From: Haliotis cracherodii
Lineage: Eukaryota
Reading direction: 5' to 3'
Assembly: GCF_022045235.1 (NCBI RefSeq)
Contig: NW_027266302.1
Coordinates: 620,001 to 684,000 of the forward strand
Length of the DNA: 64,000 nt
The notes below the pieces were generated by a model that ran no database searches, was not told the origin of the DNA, and worked only from the letters and a program-made list of their open reading frames with translations. The position numbers and the translations under genes were made by a program. Shown in pieces: positions 37,801 to 51,700 of the stretch (position 1 is the first letter of the stretch; each line of letters opens with the position of its first letter).

Positions 37801-40800
37801 CTATGTTCAACTATGGAAGTAACAATAGGTCTTCAGCAACCCATGCTTACCATAAAAGATGACTATGCTTGTCGTAAGAGGCGACTAATGGGATTGGGTG
37901 GTCAGGCTCACTGACTTGGTTGATGCATGTCATCATATCCCAATTGTGTGGATCAATGCTCATGACATCAATCACTGGACTGTCTGGTTCAGACTGGATT
38001 ATTTACAGACCACCGTCATATAGCTGGAATACTGCTGAGTGCGGCGTTGCACAACAAACAAACAAACAATCATCTTAGCCCCATGATCGCATTGTGGAAC
38101 GAGACCCTGAACCCCATTTTTGTCCAAAGACTAAATGGGTACTGGGTGCTTACAAGGTGAGATACAGTGATTGTTTATTGGTCGATACATATTTACAGGC
38201 TGACATGAGATAGCTGTAACATGGCTGACCGCAGCATACAAGAGTTACCCCTCCCTACAGTCTTACTTGATGTGCAGGACATTGGCTGGCTCCTCTCGGT
38301 GCACGGTGGTGTTGTTTGCAATGCCTGTATACAGGTAGTGTCCAAGGGGATCAAACCGAAGCCATCTGCAAACACAAGTAGTCAATAAGCTTAGGCAAGG
38401 ATCATGGTGTATATTAAGTTAAAAACATGAAACGAGGTATTGCAATGTGTGAACTGATATTTCTAACTGTCTACCATATTTCATGATAAGCACCTTGCTC
38501 CAATATGAAAACAAGGCTGCAGCCTTAGTTATTTTCATATATTGAAGTATTCAGAAGCCTACAAGGGAGTGCGTAGGTTCAAGCTCGGGCCTCTTATGCA
38601 CACTGAGGTATATTTAGCACCTGTTCTTGTTTTCTAACTTTTCCACTGATTCACAGTAATACATCAGATTTAGATTTTAATGGACAATGTACAGCATTCA
38701 ACAAAACCAATGTCAGCAAGATTGCTATATCTAAGCAAATGGTGACTTGACCTGTTGATTTAAAGAACTCGTTTGGGCCATTTACTGTTTAGACATTTGG
38801 TGTGCAATTGAAAATTTTATTTAAAAATAACATTCTTTATCCATCAACTTTCTCTTAAAGTACATGTCATTCTCCTTTAGTTAACTAAAAGGCAGATTAA
38901 ACTAACCGACTACCATACTAATGTGACCTTCATTACACCCACCTTATTCTTTCAAATTCATAGTTTGTCCTGGAGAATGCGAACGGCTCCGGTTGGCTCC
39001 AGTCCCAGAAGTACACAGTGTTGCCAGTAGCAAACACCAGCACATGGTCCATGGGGTGGAATGCTAGAGAGGCTATCACCCCATTGGTTGGAGAATGCCA
39101 GACCTCACTGCCCCCTCCCTGAAACACAACACACACACTGGTCAGCAGTGACATTTGGTGAATTCAAATTAAACTACTCAAAAGAAGTTGAGAACACCCA
39201 ATTCTTTCATATTATGAGGCTATAGAAAATCGGTCATAGATATCTCATTATAGTTTCTAATGGTCAAAAGAGGTTTGTTTCACAGTACAAAACACCACAC
39301 CAAGGCCTTTGCTACAATACAATCATAACTCCCAACTCCCATAACTCCTTAATGTAACCTAAATGGTATAAACTGTGCTGGGCCACTGCTTTGCTGAAAG
39401 GATATTTCAGGATCAAAATGATTTTGTTTCTTTCCAAGGGTGAATAACATCAAACTCATGGTACATGTAAACAGTTTTTCAAATCATCTGCCTTGGTTTG
39501 TTTTCTATACTTACATGCAGGTCCCAGATTCGGACCTCTCCCCCCAGACAGCCTGACGCCAGAATCTCATTGGAAGAGGGGTGGAAGGCTACACACCAGG
39601 GTGTCCTGGGATGGCCGGTGAGCACATGGGTACACTTCCCAGATGTGATGTCTGTCACACGCACAGTGTGGTCACCGTGAGTAGATGCCACTTTGGTGCT
39701 GAAACAAAACAGAAACTTTATCACACACCTGATTACACTCTGCTGAACCTGACCTTGTTCCTTGAGGTTTTCTGCTTTATGTTTCAATCTAGTGTCTCCC
39801 TGAATTATAAATTTGTATCATATGTCTTACAGACAGCTTGACTTTCATCCTGAATTTTAAACAATGTACATATTAACACAGAAATATTAAATAAACTGTG
39901 TTTAACATGATGCACTATGAGCTAAAGTTATGTCTGCTTAGTGTGACAGAAATGCCCAAGTCATTTGTGTGTACCACTTTGGTGAAACCCATGAGCTGAC
40001 ACACCAAGAATAATAGATAGGTGAATCAGGGATTGGAACCCACATCTGGGAATCAGCATCATATCATAATTATGATGATATAGGTAATCTGTAGTCACCT
40101 GTTCATGATAAGATATCAAGACTAGCATTTCCACCTGATCCAGGTGAGTCTGACCACCTAAACCAATTGAATTGTCTACTTCGCCCAGCAACAGACTTAT
40201 TAAAGCTATTGATAGACAGGTTCAACAAGCTTTTAACTCTAATAGTAATTCTCTTTTAGTTTTCCTAACTGAAACATGTTTTTGTATTACACATTTGCAT
40301 AAGAGATCCAGTGTGAGTATTGTGCCTTTACATTATGCCGCTGACCACAGATGTATATCACATAGACACACAGTATATGTTCAACATCACAACCAACATA
40401 TTTCCAGTTCAAGCTCTACACAGGATGAATCACAAGCATCTTAACTTTTCCTGCATTGAATTTCAGATTTAGTCTTAATCCTGCACACAGGATGCACCAT
40501 TCTTCCATCAACAAAACCTTGCAAAATACACACCAATCAGGACCAGAGTTGGAAACTATTAGGGAACTTGAGGTGTCATCAAGTGTTATTTGAATCTACA
40601 GGTCATCTAAATTACTTACTGTTTAACATTAAAGTTATGACAAGGACCCATTGACATGCATGCTTAATTTCTTCTCCTGTATGACCCTTCAGTTCAAGTA
40701 TCAACTCCACCATTAGAAATACCTCTCATTCTATTCAGGGTTAGAAACTAACAGTTTTCGGCCACTAGTCCTTATAATGATAACATATAGCAAAGCCCTT

Positions 40801-43800
40801 AAAAAGGGCAAATTTCTACTAGTCCTTATGATACCTTTACCATTGGGCACTTTGGCAAGGACTATAGGACTAGTGCCAATTTCTAACGCTGCTATTGTAT
40901 GTGTTATACAGTAAACTACGGTTATAACGAACACAAAGGGACCACTAATTTTGGTTCGTTATAACCGTAGTTCGCTATAAGCATATATACAGCTTATATA
41001 CAACAAATGGCCGTGACTAAAAAATAAGTTCCTTATATCAGTCCGTTCCTTATAAGCGTGTTCGTTATAACCGTAGTTTACTGTATAATACTTCCTCTTG
41101 ACAAGATTGTGTGCAGAAATATTTTTATACAGTTATCAGGGATATACTCCATTAAAACTCTGCACTTAATTACCATCAGATAACATTGATAATTGATCCT
41201 GAAAACTGCTTACGGGGTATCTACAAATACATGAAAAATGTCAAAAACCCAATAGCATAACCTGATAACACTGTGTTATTATCCAATGTATCCTTTTCAA
41301 CTTGCGTACCTATATTTCATTAGATATTTATTTACTGAAGGAATGCAGGCATCACACATACATGAACTGTAGTCTACTGCTGTGAATAATGCAAAAACTA
41401 GGCATTATATTCCGTTATGATTAATTGAATATCTATATATATATATTACTCATAAGTCATTAAGGGTAGAATAATTTCACATATTCATTTCAACATCTCG
41501 AGCATCCTCATCCTCAATTGGGTCAACTGAAGGCATATGATGTCACACTCATTGTTGTGAAAAATATGATATGATAACATCCATTGTCCACAATGTCAGT
41601 TTGTTTACAGTTCGTCATCTGAACAATTGGCTGCTTTCAGTAATGTTTGTCTGTTGGGTTTACATTTCATAATTTTTTACTTCATTTTGTCTCCTAAAAT
41701 GTTATTGAGTAATACATGGAACAACCAATGCTTGAATGATTGCTGTAAGTCCCTCGCCATGGCTCAGGATTATCACCATTCATACAATTGAAACAGATAA
41801 TCAGTAATTCCTCATAGCTCGTTGGTTATTCTGAGTATGTCACAGTTGTAAGTATATATGACATGTAACACTGGGGCAGCACATGAACAGATGCAAACAA
41901 GAAGTCGCCTGAAACAGCATATAAGCAGAATTATTAAACAAAGGTCTCCGGATGGGTGTAAAAATTCCCAATAAACTGGACCCCAGGGCGTATGACACCC
42001 CCTCTGGATCCAGTGCTTAAACATAGTTAAAACACAATGTTAAAAGTTTCAGGGTTCACCTCATTAAATTTTTATTATACCGGCAGCAAAAATCAAGCCC
42101 CCCCTCCCTCCTCCAATTTCAAACACTGCTTATGTCATTTCTCCCATCTTTTACTGCATGACACCATTAACTTTATTAACATCATCACCGTTATTGGATG
42201 TTGGGCAGGCTTGTCTTACTTTTCACACGGTCATGACAAATCAAAAGCAGATAACATATCTCTCTCCAATTCCTCCTGGCTTAATCAGTGTTAATGACAC
42301 AGACAGACAAATTATCCCAATCTCGTCTTAATGTCTCCCGATTTCACCCAGAAGGATCAACAGGTCCTTGCCCCCAACTATCACAATGCTACAGTGAATA
42401 GGAATAGAGGTCATACCAGATGTCAGCCTCTCAATACGACACCTCAAAGCTGTCACTGTATCATTTGAATCCTTAAATTAAATCTTGTCACCCCAATATT
42501 ACATTTCGGTAGGATAGGATCAGTTTCACAAAATTCTACAGATAATGCTCAGTTGGATAGAAGTTCTTTTGATAAAATCTTCACATTTCTTATTAACCAT
42601 GTATATGTTACCATGGTTACACAACTACTGATATGCTGAGTTTCTCGAGCATACAGCAATAGTGAAGGAGGAAGCTTAACGCCACTTATAACAGTATTCC
42701 AGTTATATCCCAGCGTATCAGCATGATGTGGGAGGAAAGCAGGATGCAGGTCTGAGACATTTACAACTTTGGTGAAACCCACAAGCAAGAGTATGGTACT
42801 GACAAACCATGACCCATTATCAGGAAGAACTCAGATTCGAACTCACATTGATAGGTTTCTGATATTCCGAAGACATCAATAGTGTCAACAGTGAAAATAA
42901 AGACAATACCGGTCAATGTAAGCCATAACTGTTCTCAAGGCATCATTTTCAGAAGAGTTTAGGGTTGATGTATGGACTTATATCAGCTATGCTTACAAGA
43001 ATAAAAGAATTTGTTTTAGACCCTGGCATTTTACTTGTGGCAAATATGTGTACTGCAAAAGCTATTTCAATGTAATGACAAGGAAAACTTTCCTGACATT
43101 TAAGCAATATTTTGGGGCACAAACTGGTATGATAAACAAGTCAACATGATACAATATTTCTTCTTATATGTGTCAACCCTGACTGTGCAATACTCAGCTG
43201 AAGAGGTTACAAAGGAGAACCAAGCCTGTATTCATACAGGTGTGTGACCAGTTACTGCTGAGTACACACAACAATGCCTGGACAGTCTCTCACACCCTGG
43301 ACATGTCCCCCATCAAAAGCTTGACCTGACCTCTGACCCACTGCTTGGACAGGGAAGGCCATCTGTTGCTAAGCCCCCCTCAACATCCTGTTATAATGAT
43401 GCTTACAGTAATCAGTATGGTTGTACACAGCTTGAAGCAACATTCCAGTCACATCACGACAAGGGACACCAAGAATGGATCTCACACATTGTTTTGTTAG
43501 TTTGTTTGTTGTTTAAAGCCACACTCAGCAATATTTCTGCTCTATGACGGCGATCTGTAAATAATTGACTCTGGACCAAACAATCCAGTGATGGACATCA
43601 AGAGCATTGATCTACACAAATGGGATACGATGACATGCATCAACCAACTAAGTTAGTCGCTAGCTGCCTCTTACATAAAGTCAAGTATGGGTTGCCGAAG
43701 ACCAATTCTAACACAGATCTTCACAGGTCACTTGTACATGTACCGTGATAGTATGTGGCACCTTTAATTATGCATTACAATTTACACATACTGTGTACCT

Positions 43801-46800
43801 GTATATTTAAACATGCTAAATAGCAGAGAACCGAATATGCATAATTTCATGAATGAACTATTGCTGGGATGCTACCCTAAATATGCTCAAACAAGTTTCT
43901 CAATGGTTAAGCTACAAAACTGACTGACGAAACAGAGTGTTAACTATGCCAAACATTCCTACATGTAGTGGAGTGTAACATAATATAGAGTAGCACAGAG
44001 ACATGGTAGGTGTAAGGATTGCTACAGTGACTGTACAGGGATTAATCCAGTCCACACAGCAATGTGGTGGTAGTTAACCATGATACAACATATAGGTATG
44101 TTTGCACTTAACAATGAGCCAAGTGCCCCCCATCCCTGCTGCCATCAATTAATCAATATGACTACTACACTGTAAGTATAGGCCTGAGGCTACTTCTCGG
44201 ACAGATACAACTGACAAGTTCACTGTGACATAGGTCAATGACCTAGGATCCTTCAACATAGGACACTCACCTATAGTTATTTTCAGATAAGTATTATCAT
44301 GTTAATCTCCAGTGTTTCTTTCAAATCTATATTGGTGTTGTTATCTACATGTCTTATGAGTCAAATGTTTTCCATTTGGAAAGTCCCAAGATAAAATGAT
44401 TTACCCTTAATATTGAATAGTCAATTGTCTGAACTGAAACTGCAATACTCAGCCTACCTTTATCATTTTTATAATAATTTACAAAATTAAAAAGCAACAC
44501 TTACAGTGAAATATTTTCAAATTTGTTTTCAATGACCCCAGTAATGTTTGTCTTAAATTGCTGTTTAAATGTCAAATAATGCCTTTATAAGGTATAAGGA
44601 AGAAGTAAACTGGGTTTTGGCTTAATCAGTTATATTATTGTTTAACTCAAGAATACAGAAACAAAATAAACAAAAACTGAAATTGCTAGTTTCATCATCA
44701 ATACTGCAATCATGACAAAACATGATCCTACACAATGTGTATTAATCCCCATTATCAGAATCCCGGCCATATCATGCCATGTATTGATTCTGCAATTCCC
44801 AGCTGTCCATAATACCCTGTATCTCATGTAATAGACAGAAGCACCATGGCTTGTGTTGTTGACCCTGTCACACATGCTGCCACAGTGATGATGAAACCAC
44901 TACTAAGTGGACAATAAAAAAAATAATTCTTAAAATGCTGCTATAGGTGACTTTTTTGTCTCCATCCAAGTGCTTGACACAAAGTACAAACACAATACCT
45001 GCAACTGCTTGATTAGCCCATTATGGAAATGCTTGTATTGTTTTCATTGGTCAATCACTCAACAAAAAAACAATATTGTGTGTTGGCACCATTTAAGATT
45101 TTGTTGCCCCTTCGCATGTTCTTGTGTTGTGATCCTCCATTCAAGCTGACAACACTGATACATTTCCAAGCTCCTCTTTTGTGCATTATTCACTGCGGTA
45201 CTGAGTTCATGTAAAAGGTGCCTGTATTCGATCAGTAAAGAAATACCACACATAAGCTGAAATGGCCACATGTAATGGGTAATTACATTAAGTTATGATG
45301 CTGTTAATGTTATACGATTGGATTTCTTCCCTTTTTTCATATTTGTATCCAAGCAACTCAAAATTAAGTGGGTTTTCGTGACTAATTTTGGAATCTTACG
45401 AAGTCACGCAGCTGATAATGACTGTAACAGTTGCACAGGGGAGGGGTTTGCATTGATTACAATAGACCATAAAACCTATACGAATCTAAATGTGTCGTGC
45501 AATGGAATATTCCTTCATGTCTTCATGAAAACATTTGTACACCGTGATCATGAAGATTTCTGGCAATACTGCAGAACACACAAGTCAACATGCGAATGAT
45601 GGTATCTAGTAATGGCTGAAATACTTCATCATCCCTCTCTTCATCTTGATGATATGCTGGACAAGCGCACTGATCCACCTCAATCTGAAGGTGGGAGGTT
45701 TGCTTTCAATATCCCTTGGACTCCATTTCCCCGTTCAAAGATAAATTGGACAAAATAAATGGTTCTAACTTAATGCTTACAGAAATCCCACAAAAAATCT
45801 ACTTTAACTACATAACACTGAATTAAAAAGCAATATGGCAAATTGTCAGTCATAGGAACACTAAATCATTTTCAAAAAAAAGAAAAACTATTTCAAACAT
45901 GATAAAGGTCATCATCACATTTAGTTTCACCTTATTTTTCCTAAACCAGAATGATCACTTTATACATTTTATTAACTCCTTCGTCTCGCCAGGACATACT
46001 GAACAATCCCCATGCTTCACCATTAGTATGATTACACGACAACCGGAATTCTTTCCCAGTGAAGAAAACTCCTATCTTGCTTCAATGCTTGCTAGGTTAT
46101 TAAGAGGCATTAACCCACAGGCTCCTAATCAACCCAAACAACTCTTAATTTGTGCAAAGGCTAGACATGGAACAGCGTGTGTTAGACAGAGAGTTGTGCA
46201 TAGCCTCAGGCTGATGACAGCTAACCGTCAGAGGAGGCTGACCGCTGACCACCACCGAGAGGACTGGCCTTGATCGTGTTAAAGTGACCGAGCCACAATA
46301 GAATTTCTATGAAAGCAGAAAAGGCAGAAGTTCACAGAACCACAATACCTGAATGCATGAACTTTTCAAATCCTGTGGGAAAATGTCATTATTTTTCGTG
46401 GAAAATTTAGTGATCAGATTCATTCTTTATATAAAAAGACAAAACTCCCACTTCTAGGTGAAAAACAGATGTTAAAAACATGACCACAAAAATGATAGAA
46501 CTTCATTTTGATATATCAGCACACGTATATAGCATCACACTACTTGTTTATCATATGATAAATATTCCACAGACTGGATAGAATATAATCACTGCTAATG
46601 ATATTCTGACAAGAATATGTGATACACAGAGATTCAAACATCATCATTAGCATATCCATATCTGGTTCAGAAGCTGATAACAGTGAACAGTAACACATCG
46701 AAAGTTTGACACTTGCGTCGTGCTTATCAAAATCCTTACATCACATCACTACTGTTTGATATGAAAAAAATTAACATCATGATCTCATGCCAATATCATG

Positions 46801-48721
46801 TCTATGACAACACATAGTCTGCCTTTCAGAAACACTAAACCAGGCAATAGTCATGATGATAATGTTAAGGCATTTACTTGATCATGTTTATCAATCAGTG
46901 GACTTTGCAACACAGTGTCATGCTTGGTTGACTGAGCGCAGTTTTTCAACTTCAATCATGATCAAAGAAAGGGCTTCGCACAACGTACCAAAGTTAGGAC
47001 TCAAAATTGGATCTTTCCGATATAGCACACAAACTCTTGCTACAACCACTGCGGCAGATTTGACAAACAATAAATATCTAAAATAACTCTCATTTGGCTA
47101 GGTATGAACAATGTCAAACTTAAACTATGGTAAGTCTATGGTAAGTCTATGTTAAGTATAAGAGTTATGATCATCATAACGCTACAATCGCTTAGCGGAA
47201 CAGGCCCTGGGTTTGATTTGGTCTTCCAACATCCATCACTGTCTGTAAGAGATGAGTAATTTGGACTGATTACATGTCACTATGCCCTGGGCCCCGTTCC
47301 ACAAAGTGATCTTAGCGCTAAGATGATCGTAACTCCCATACTATAACACAGGCTTACCACAATCATAGCACTAAGATCACTTTGTGGAACGGGCCCCTGG
47401 TGATATAGAATCATTTGTTCATGTTTTCTGACTTTATAGTTTCCATGGGCCAATCTAAATCTTCATCTCCAGGTCACACACTGTAACCATACAATGCTAT
47501 AATTCTGGATTGACACTAAACTTACAGGTGACAGACCACCAAATTCTCTAAGAAGTATGTAGAGAAACTAGAACTTACCCATCCGGACTGAAGTCCATAA
47601 GGAAAGTAGCTCGAGGTAATCCTGAGAGCTCACAAGCCTGGAAACAAAGGGAAATTAATTGATTTTCTTTAGGTTTCAAGGTCTATTCTTTCCTTATAAC
47701 ATATCTTAAAATGAAGATACTAGTTACTATAGGTATGCCTAGGGGTTCCTTGATTCAAATACTGTAGGAGCAAACATCAAGGAGCACAGGACCCCTCTTA
47801 TTTTCAAACACCGAAATTGGATGTAAAAATATATTCAACTCTGAAACTCGTTTTCCTGAGCTTAATGATTATATATATCTTATTTTAATTATTCAACAAG
47901 TGCCACTGGCCATAAAAAAATAGTTCACATAACTGTCAAAACAGAAGCTACAAAACTGTCTTTCAAATCAGGAATTCAATACAGGGATAGAAGTTTTGGA
48001 ATCCCTAATCTATTAATGATTGTAGTTTATCTTAAATTTGAGTAGTTTTCTTTGACCTTTACCCTTATTTCAAACTGGCACAGAAATCAATCCCTCTAAG
48101 ACATATGGTGAGGTGAAATGGGGTTTAAAGTCGCGTCCAAGATTATTGCACTTATATAGCGATGTGCATGTACGTGTGTCTCTATGACATAAACAAGAGG
48201 CATTTCTAGTCAATATAGACAACACAAACATCACTGCCTAAACAGCGATAAAACACAGGCAACACACTGACAACACACAGAAAAGACAGACCTCACACAG
48301 GCAAATACCAGCACCATAGAGACAACACATTGGCAACACACAACAGACAGAAAAGACAGACCTCACACAGGCACCATACCAGCACCATACAGACAACACA
48401 TTGGCAACACACAGGCAACACTGACAACACACAGAAAAGACAGACCTCACACAGGCACCATACCAGCACCATACAGACAACACATTGGCAACGCACAGGA
48501 AACACACAACAGACAGGCCATAACACAGGCAACACACAAGATAACACACAGACTATATATACCTGGTTCTTGGTGAGAGTAGATGTCCGGTCTTCCACCA
48601 GCGTCCCAAGGTTTTCACCCCCACTGGCTTTAGACTTCCTCTTGGAACATCCATGCTCCCGGCTTTGTAGAAACTGGATGACATTCATGTTTCCTTCACC
48701 TGGACCAAAACAGCAGTCCAT
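28836..48721 (-). CDS. AMBRA1: AMBRA1 (DCAF3), split WD40 protein, 1219 aa, 15 coding exons
   Basis: Exons: 48721-48563, 47637-47579, 39698-39515, 39118-38943, 38365-38267, 37404-37277, 37079-35325, 35023-34918, 34583-34420, 33635-33525, 33149-32964, 32061-31964, 31510-31454, 29993-29854, 29073-28836. Phases consistent, 3660 nt. Motifs: ASTHGDH, GHPRTPWCVAFHP, ASGCLGGEVRIWDLH, IASLAFHP, FWDWS, RFDPLGHYL, HRIQRWDFTK, HNDASCDIS, GPNAISVSMSP, GLVYGTNRGDL, and two C-terminal TQT motifs. Exact start ATG is less certain. Confidence 0.93.
29570..29776 (-). mobile_element. SINE-like retroposon family B
   Basis: Reverse complement of the family B body and tail. Confidence 0.85.
31793..31900 (-). mobile_element. 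SINE family A, 5'-truncated
   Basis: GTGAGTGAGTATGGTTTTACGC...GGGAATCGAACC. Confidence 0.8.
32363..32465. repeat. Fold-back element (small MITE-like inverted repeat)
   Basis: GTACTTTATCAGGATA...TATCCCGATAAAGTAC with inner arms CTGTCGTGAGGACATAGGGGC / GCCCTTTGTCCTTCTGACAG. Confidence 0.6.
34593..34743 (-). mobile_element. SINE family A inserted at an AMBRA1 splice acceptor
   Basis: 12-bp TSD ACACTGCATAGA at 34581-34592 and 34744-34755. Confidence 0.9.
37565..37714 (-). mobile_element. SINE family A
   Basis: 14-bp TSD CTATCAGGATATGA (37551-37564, 37715-37728). Confidence 0.9.
37824..38070 (+). mobile_element. SINE-like retroposon family B
   Basis: GGTCTTCAGCAACCCATGC...GTCGTAAGAGGCGACTAA...(AAAC)n. 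Confidence 0.85.
40736..40891. mobile_element. hAT-like MITE with 5-bp TSD
   Basis: TIR CAGGGTTAGAAA / TTTCTAACGCTG with CTATT on both flanks. Confidence 0.75.
40909..41083. mobile_element. Tigger/pogo-like MITE
   Basis: Perfect 26-bp TIR CAGTAAACTACGGTTATAACGAACAC with TA TSD. Confidence 0.9.
43498..43729 (-). mobile_element. SINE-like retroposon family B
   Basis: Head GACCTGTGAAGATC...GGTCTTCGGCAACCCAT on the minus strand, plus the shared tail. Confidence 0.8.
47290..47396. mobile_element. PIF/Harbinger-like MITE
   Basis: ~30-bp imperfect TIR GGCCCCGTTCCACAAAGTGATCTTAGCGCTA with CTG on both flanks. Confidence 0.75.
48240..48552. repeat. CA-rich tandem repeat (70-84-bp units) at start of AMBRA1 first coding intron
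   Basis: AAAAGACAGACCTCACACAGGCACCATACCAGCACC... about 3 copies. Confidence 0.85.
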
Positions 48722-51700
48722 TTTACAAAGCTTTTCGAAAAACTCCACCAATATTGCAGTAGGACCACGAGGAAAAGACTACACATTATACCATGTGGGG
48801 AATAAGCTCCAAGTCTAGGTATGAATGGCGTCTGCCATAAAGTTATTGAGACATGGGAACACGCCATGAACTGATATTTGTCTGTGCGTCATGATTCCCA
48901 TATGTGACTCCAAGTTTAACAAGTTCAATTTCACATTTTCAATTTTACAGCACAGCAGTCGATGATTTTAGACTCTAGTCTGAAGCCCTGAGTCTACCAG
49001 CAGTAGAAAATAGCATTTTTAGTCCAATAGTCCATATAATGATAACAGTTAAAAAAAAACTTAAAAAGGGCACATTTCTACTAGTCCTTATGATACCTTA
49101 ACTATTGGACAATTGGCAAGGACTACAGGACTAGTGCCAATTTCTAACGCTGCCTCGTAATATTCACTCACTCACTCAGGTTTAGCAATATAAGCTTCGG
49201 AGCTGCTAATTCTAGAACACATGCCAAGAGTAAAAAATACTGAAAATAATGCACAAAATACAAGTTTGGGTGAGTAGGATCAAAAGTATTTGGCACAGAC
49301 AGGGAGTTAATAAGATCAGTCAGGGTTTTACTTTTTTTCTGAGTTCATTCTCTACATTAGCGAGTACTGGAAGCACATTTGTGTGTCGCATAAAACCCTG
49401 ATCAGTGCCAGAGTGAATGATCATACAATTGGTCAAAAATGCTGCTGCCATTGCCATGACTGTACATATGATCACAGTAAACTTGGTTCCATCTCTTCAC
49501 ACAAATGTCAACACTGCAATAGTATCTTAAGTATAAATAGACATGACACTTCACTAATATACCAACATTACTTTAGTTGTGTTATGTAACTATTTCTTAA
49601 TGCGAATTAAACCAATCGCAATATATTTATGATTGATGTGAGAGCTCCAGTTATCACTTGGTCCAGTTCTAATACTACTGAGTGCTTTAGTGGCCCAGTC
49701 GCCAAAGGCATTCCAATTTGCTATTCTGAGTTGCACCCCTAAGCCATTACAAAATCCTATGAAACATGATCATGGCTTCAATACCTGATTTCTCCTGATT
49801 GTGATTCCTGGGATGTTACCCCTGGGATGTTACCCCATGATAAACATCCAGGACTTGGGGCTTTCTTTTTAGCTGACACGCAATGACATAACTGAAGCAC
49901 TATTTCAGTTACTACTTAGGTAACAAGACTTATAAGTTACATCCACGTGTACATACCTCACTCCAACTGTGCATATAGTCGTAGGAGGGCAGTTCCCGCT
50001 GCACCCGATGGTACAAACAGCGACAGACACAGGAGATTCATGGACAGCCTATGTTCTGTCTACCAGTCCCAACATCATGTAGACCAGTATATTCGGAAAT
50101 CAATCAACAATGGTAAACAGAGTTTTGATTAATTCCTCATGACGGGCCAACAAGTCCATATAATCACATCCTCATTCTGACGACTCATCTCCCCTCTTCT
50201 CCCACAGTCTGTGAAAAAATTTAATTTAGGTTTAATACAAGGCACATCAGAGTATCACAGGTAGGTACAGAAGTTCACCTTTATTCAAGGATATATAATT
50301 GGAGGGGTGGGGAGGTGCAAAACTAGTTATTTCGCATATAATGCTACCATACATTGGGATACAACTTTTTATAGAAGGCAGGTTTGTTAATTTTTGGCTT
50401 ATAAGTACACTTTGTGCTACCTTCCTTAAATGACCTATTGTTTTGATTTCAATGTTGACAAAAGCTACCGACTACTGACTTTTGTTCCACAATTTTACTT
50501 TTCTGATTTATATCATTTCAGGCATTGTGAATCATATTAACAGTAACACTAATAACAATCCAAAAGGATAGTGATACTAGATATTGGTAGTAATTAGACC
50601 GACTGGATAGGGAGTTGATGTCTTTTCACAGACAAGTTTTACTCCAAGCATGTTATCTTGTTAATGGTCTGATTTTGGTATAAACATGATATATGGCATA
50701 GATTTGAATAGTCAAACAATGAAAACAGCAATTCAATGCACTATATTACTTCACCAGAATCAATTAATATCAGATTCATTGCAAACAGTGTAAATGACCA
50801 TTCTCATTATACAATCATGAAACAAATGAAAAGCAAATTTCAAAACATCTTTATCATTTGGGTATGCTTTGAATATCCAGCATTCATGTGAAAAAAGTGC
50901 CTTGTACTTGTAGCATGAACTGCTGAACATGGTATGGGTCAGCTATGGTTGTTGTTCAAGACGGCTGTACGTGAATCTGTGACTGATAACTTCTTACAAA
51001 ACATGAAAATAACTTTTCCTGAAAACTGTCTACAAATTGAGCATATGGTGATGCTGACTGGAATGTTTAATTTCATTTACATGTGCAAATTGATAATGTA
51101 CAAGCTAACATTTCGATACGAGTACACATGAGAAGGGCTGTTGTTTTTCACTAATATGAGCTGCTGAGACTGCCATCTTATATATTTCAAAATACAAACA
51201 GTGAAGAACCATAAATTAAGCTCACACTGACATCATGTCAAGTTGAGCATGTTCAGCTTAAAATACATTGATGTAGAAGTAAATCCAGGAGGTTAAGAGC
51301 CAAACTGGATATGTCATAACATCAACATATTCAAAATTCCAATGTCTACTTCAGGTTATAAAGCAATGGTTATGGCCGAAAAACAAAAATAAAAATAATG
51401 TGAACTCAAAACATCAGAGTTGAAACATTTTGATTCAGCATGATAGTCAGTACTTCATAAGAAATGAAAACTCACTTTACCAGTTTCCACTGAACATGTT
51501 GAACAAAACAATACAGTATGCATGGTATGGGCAAGTTCAGGATCATCAGGGCTAGTTAATGTTTCTACTTGCTCCTGTTACCAGCCCACATGGCTGCTGT
51601 TGCGTTCATGTTAATTTCTAGCACTGCAGGGTCTTGTAATCACGGTAATGGGGTGAACCTCAGGATGTTTCATTACCACCATGAGCCTGTACATAAAGTT

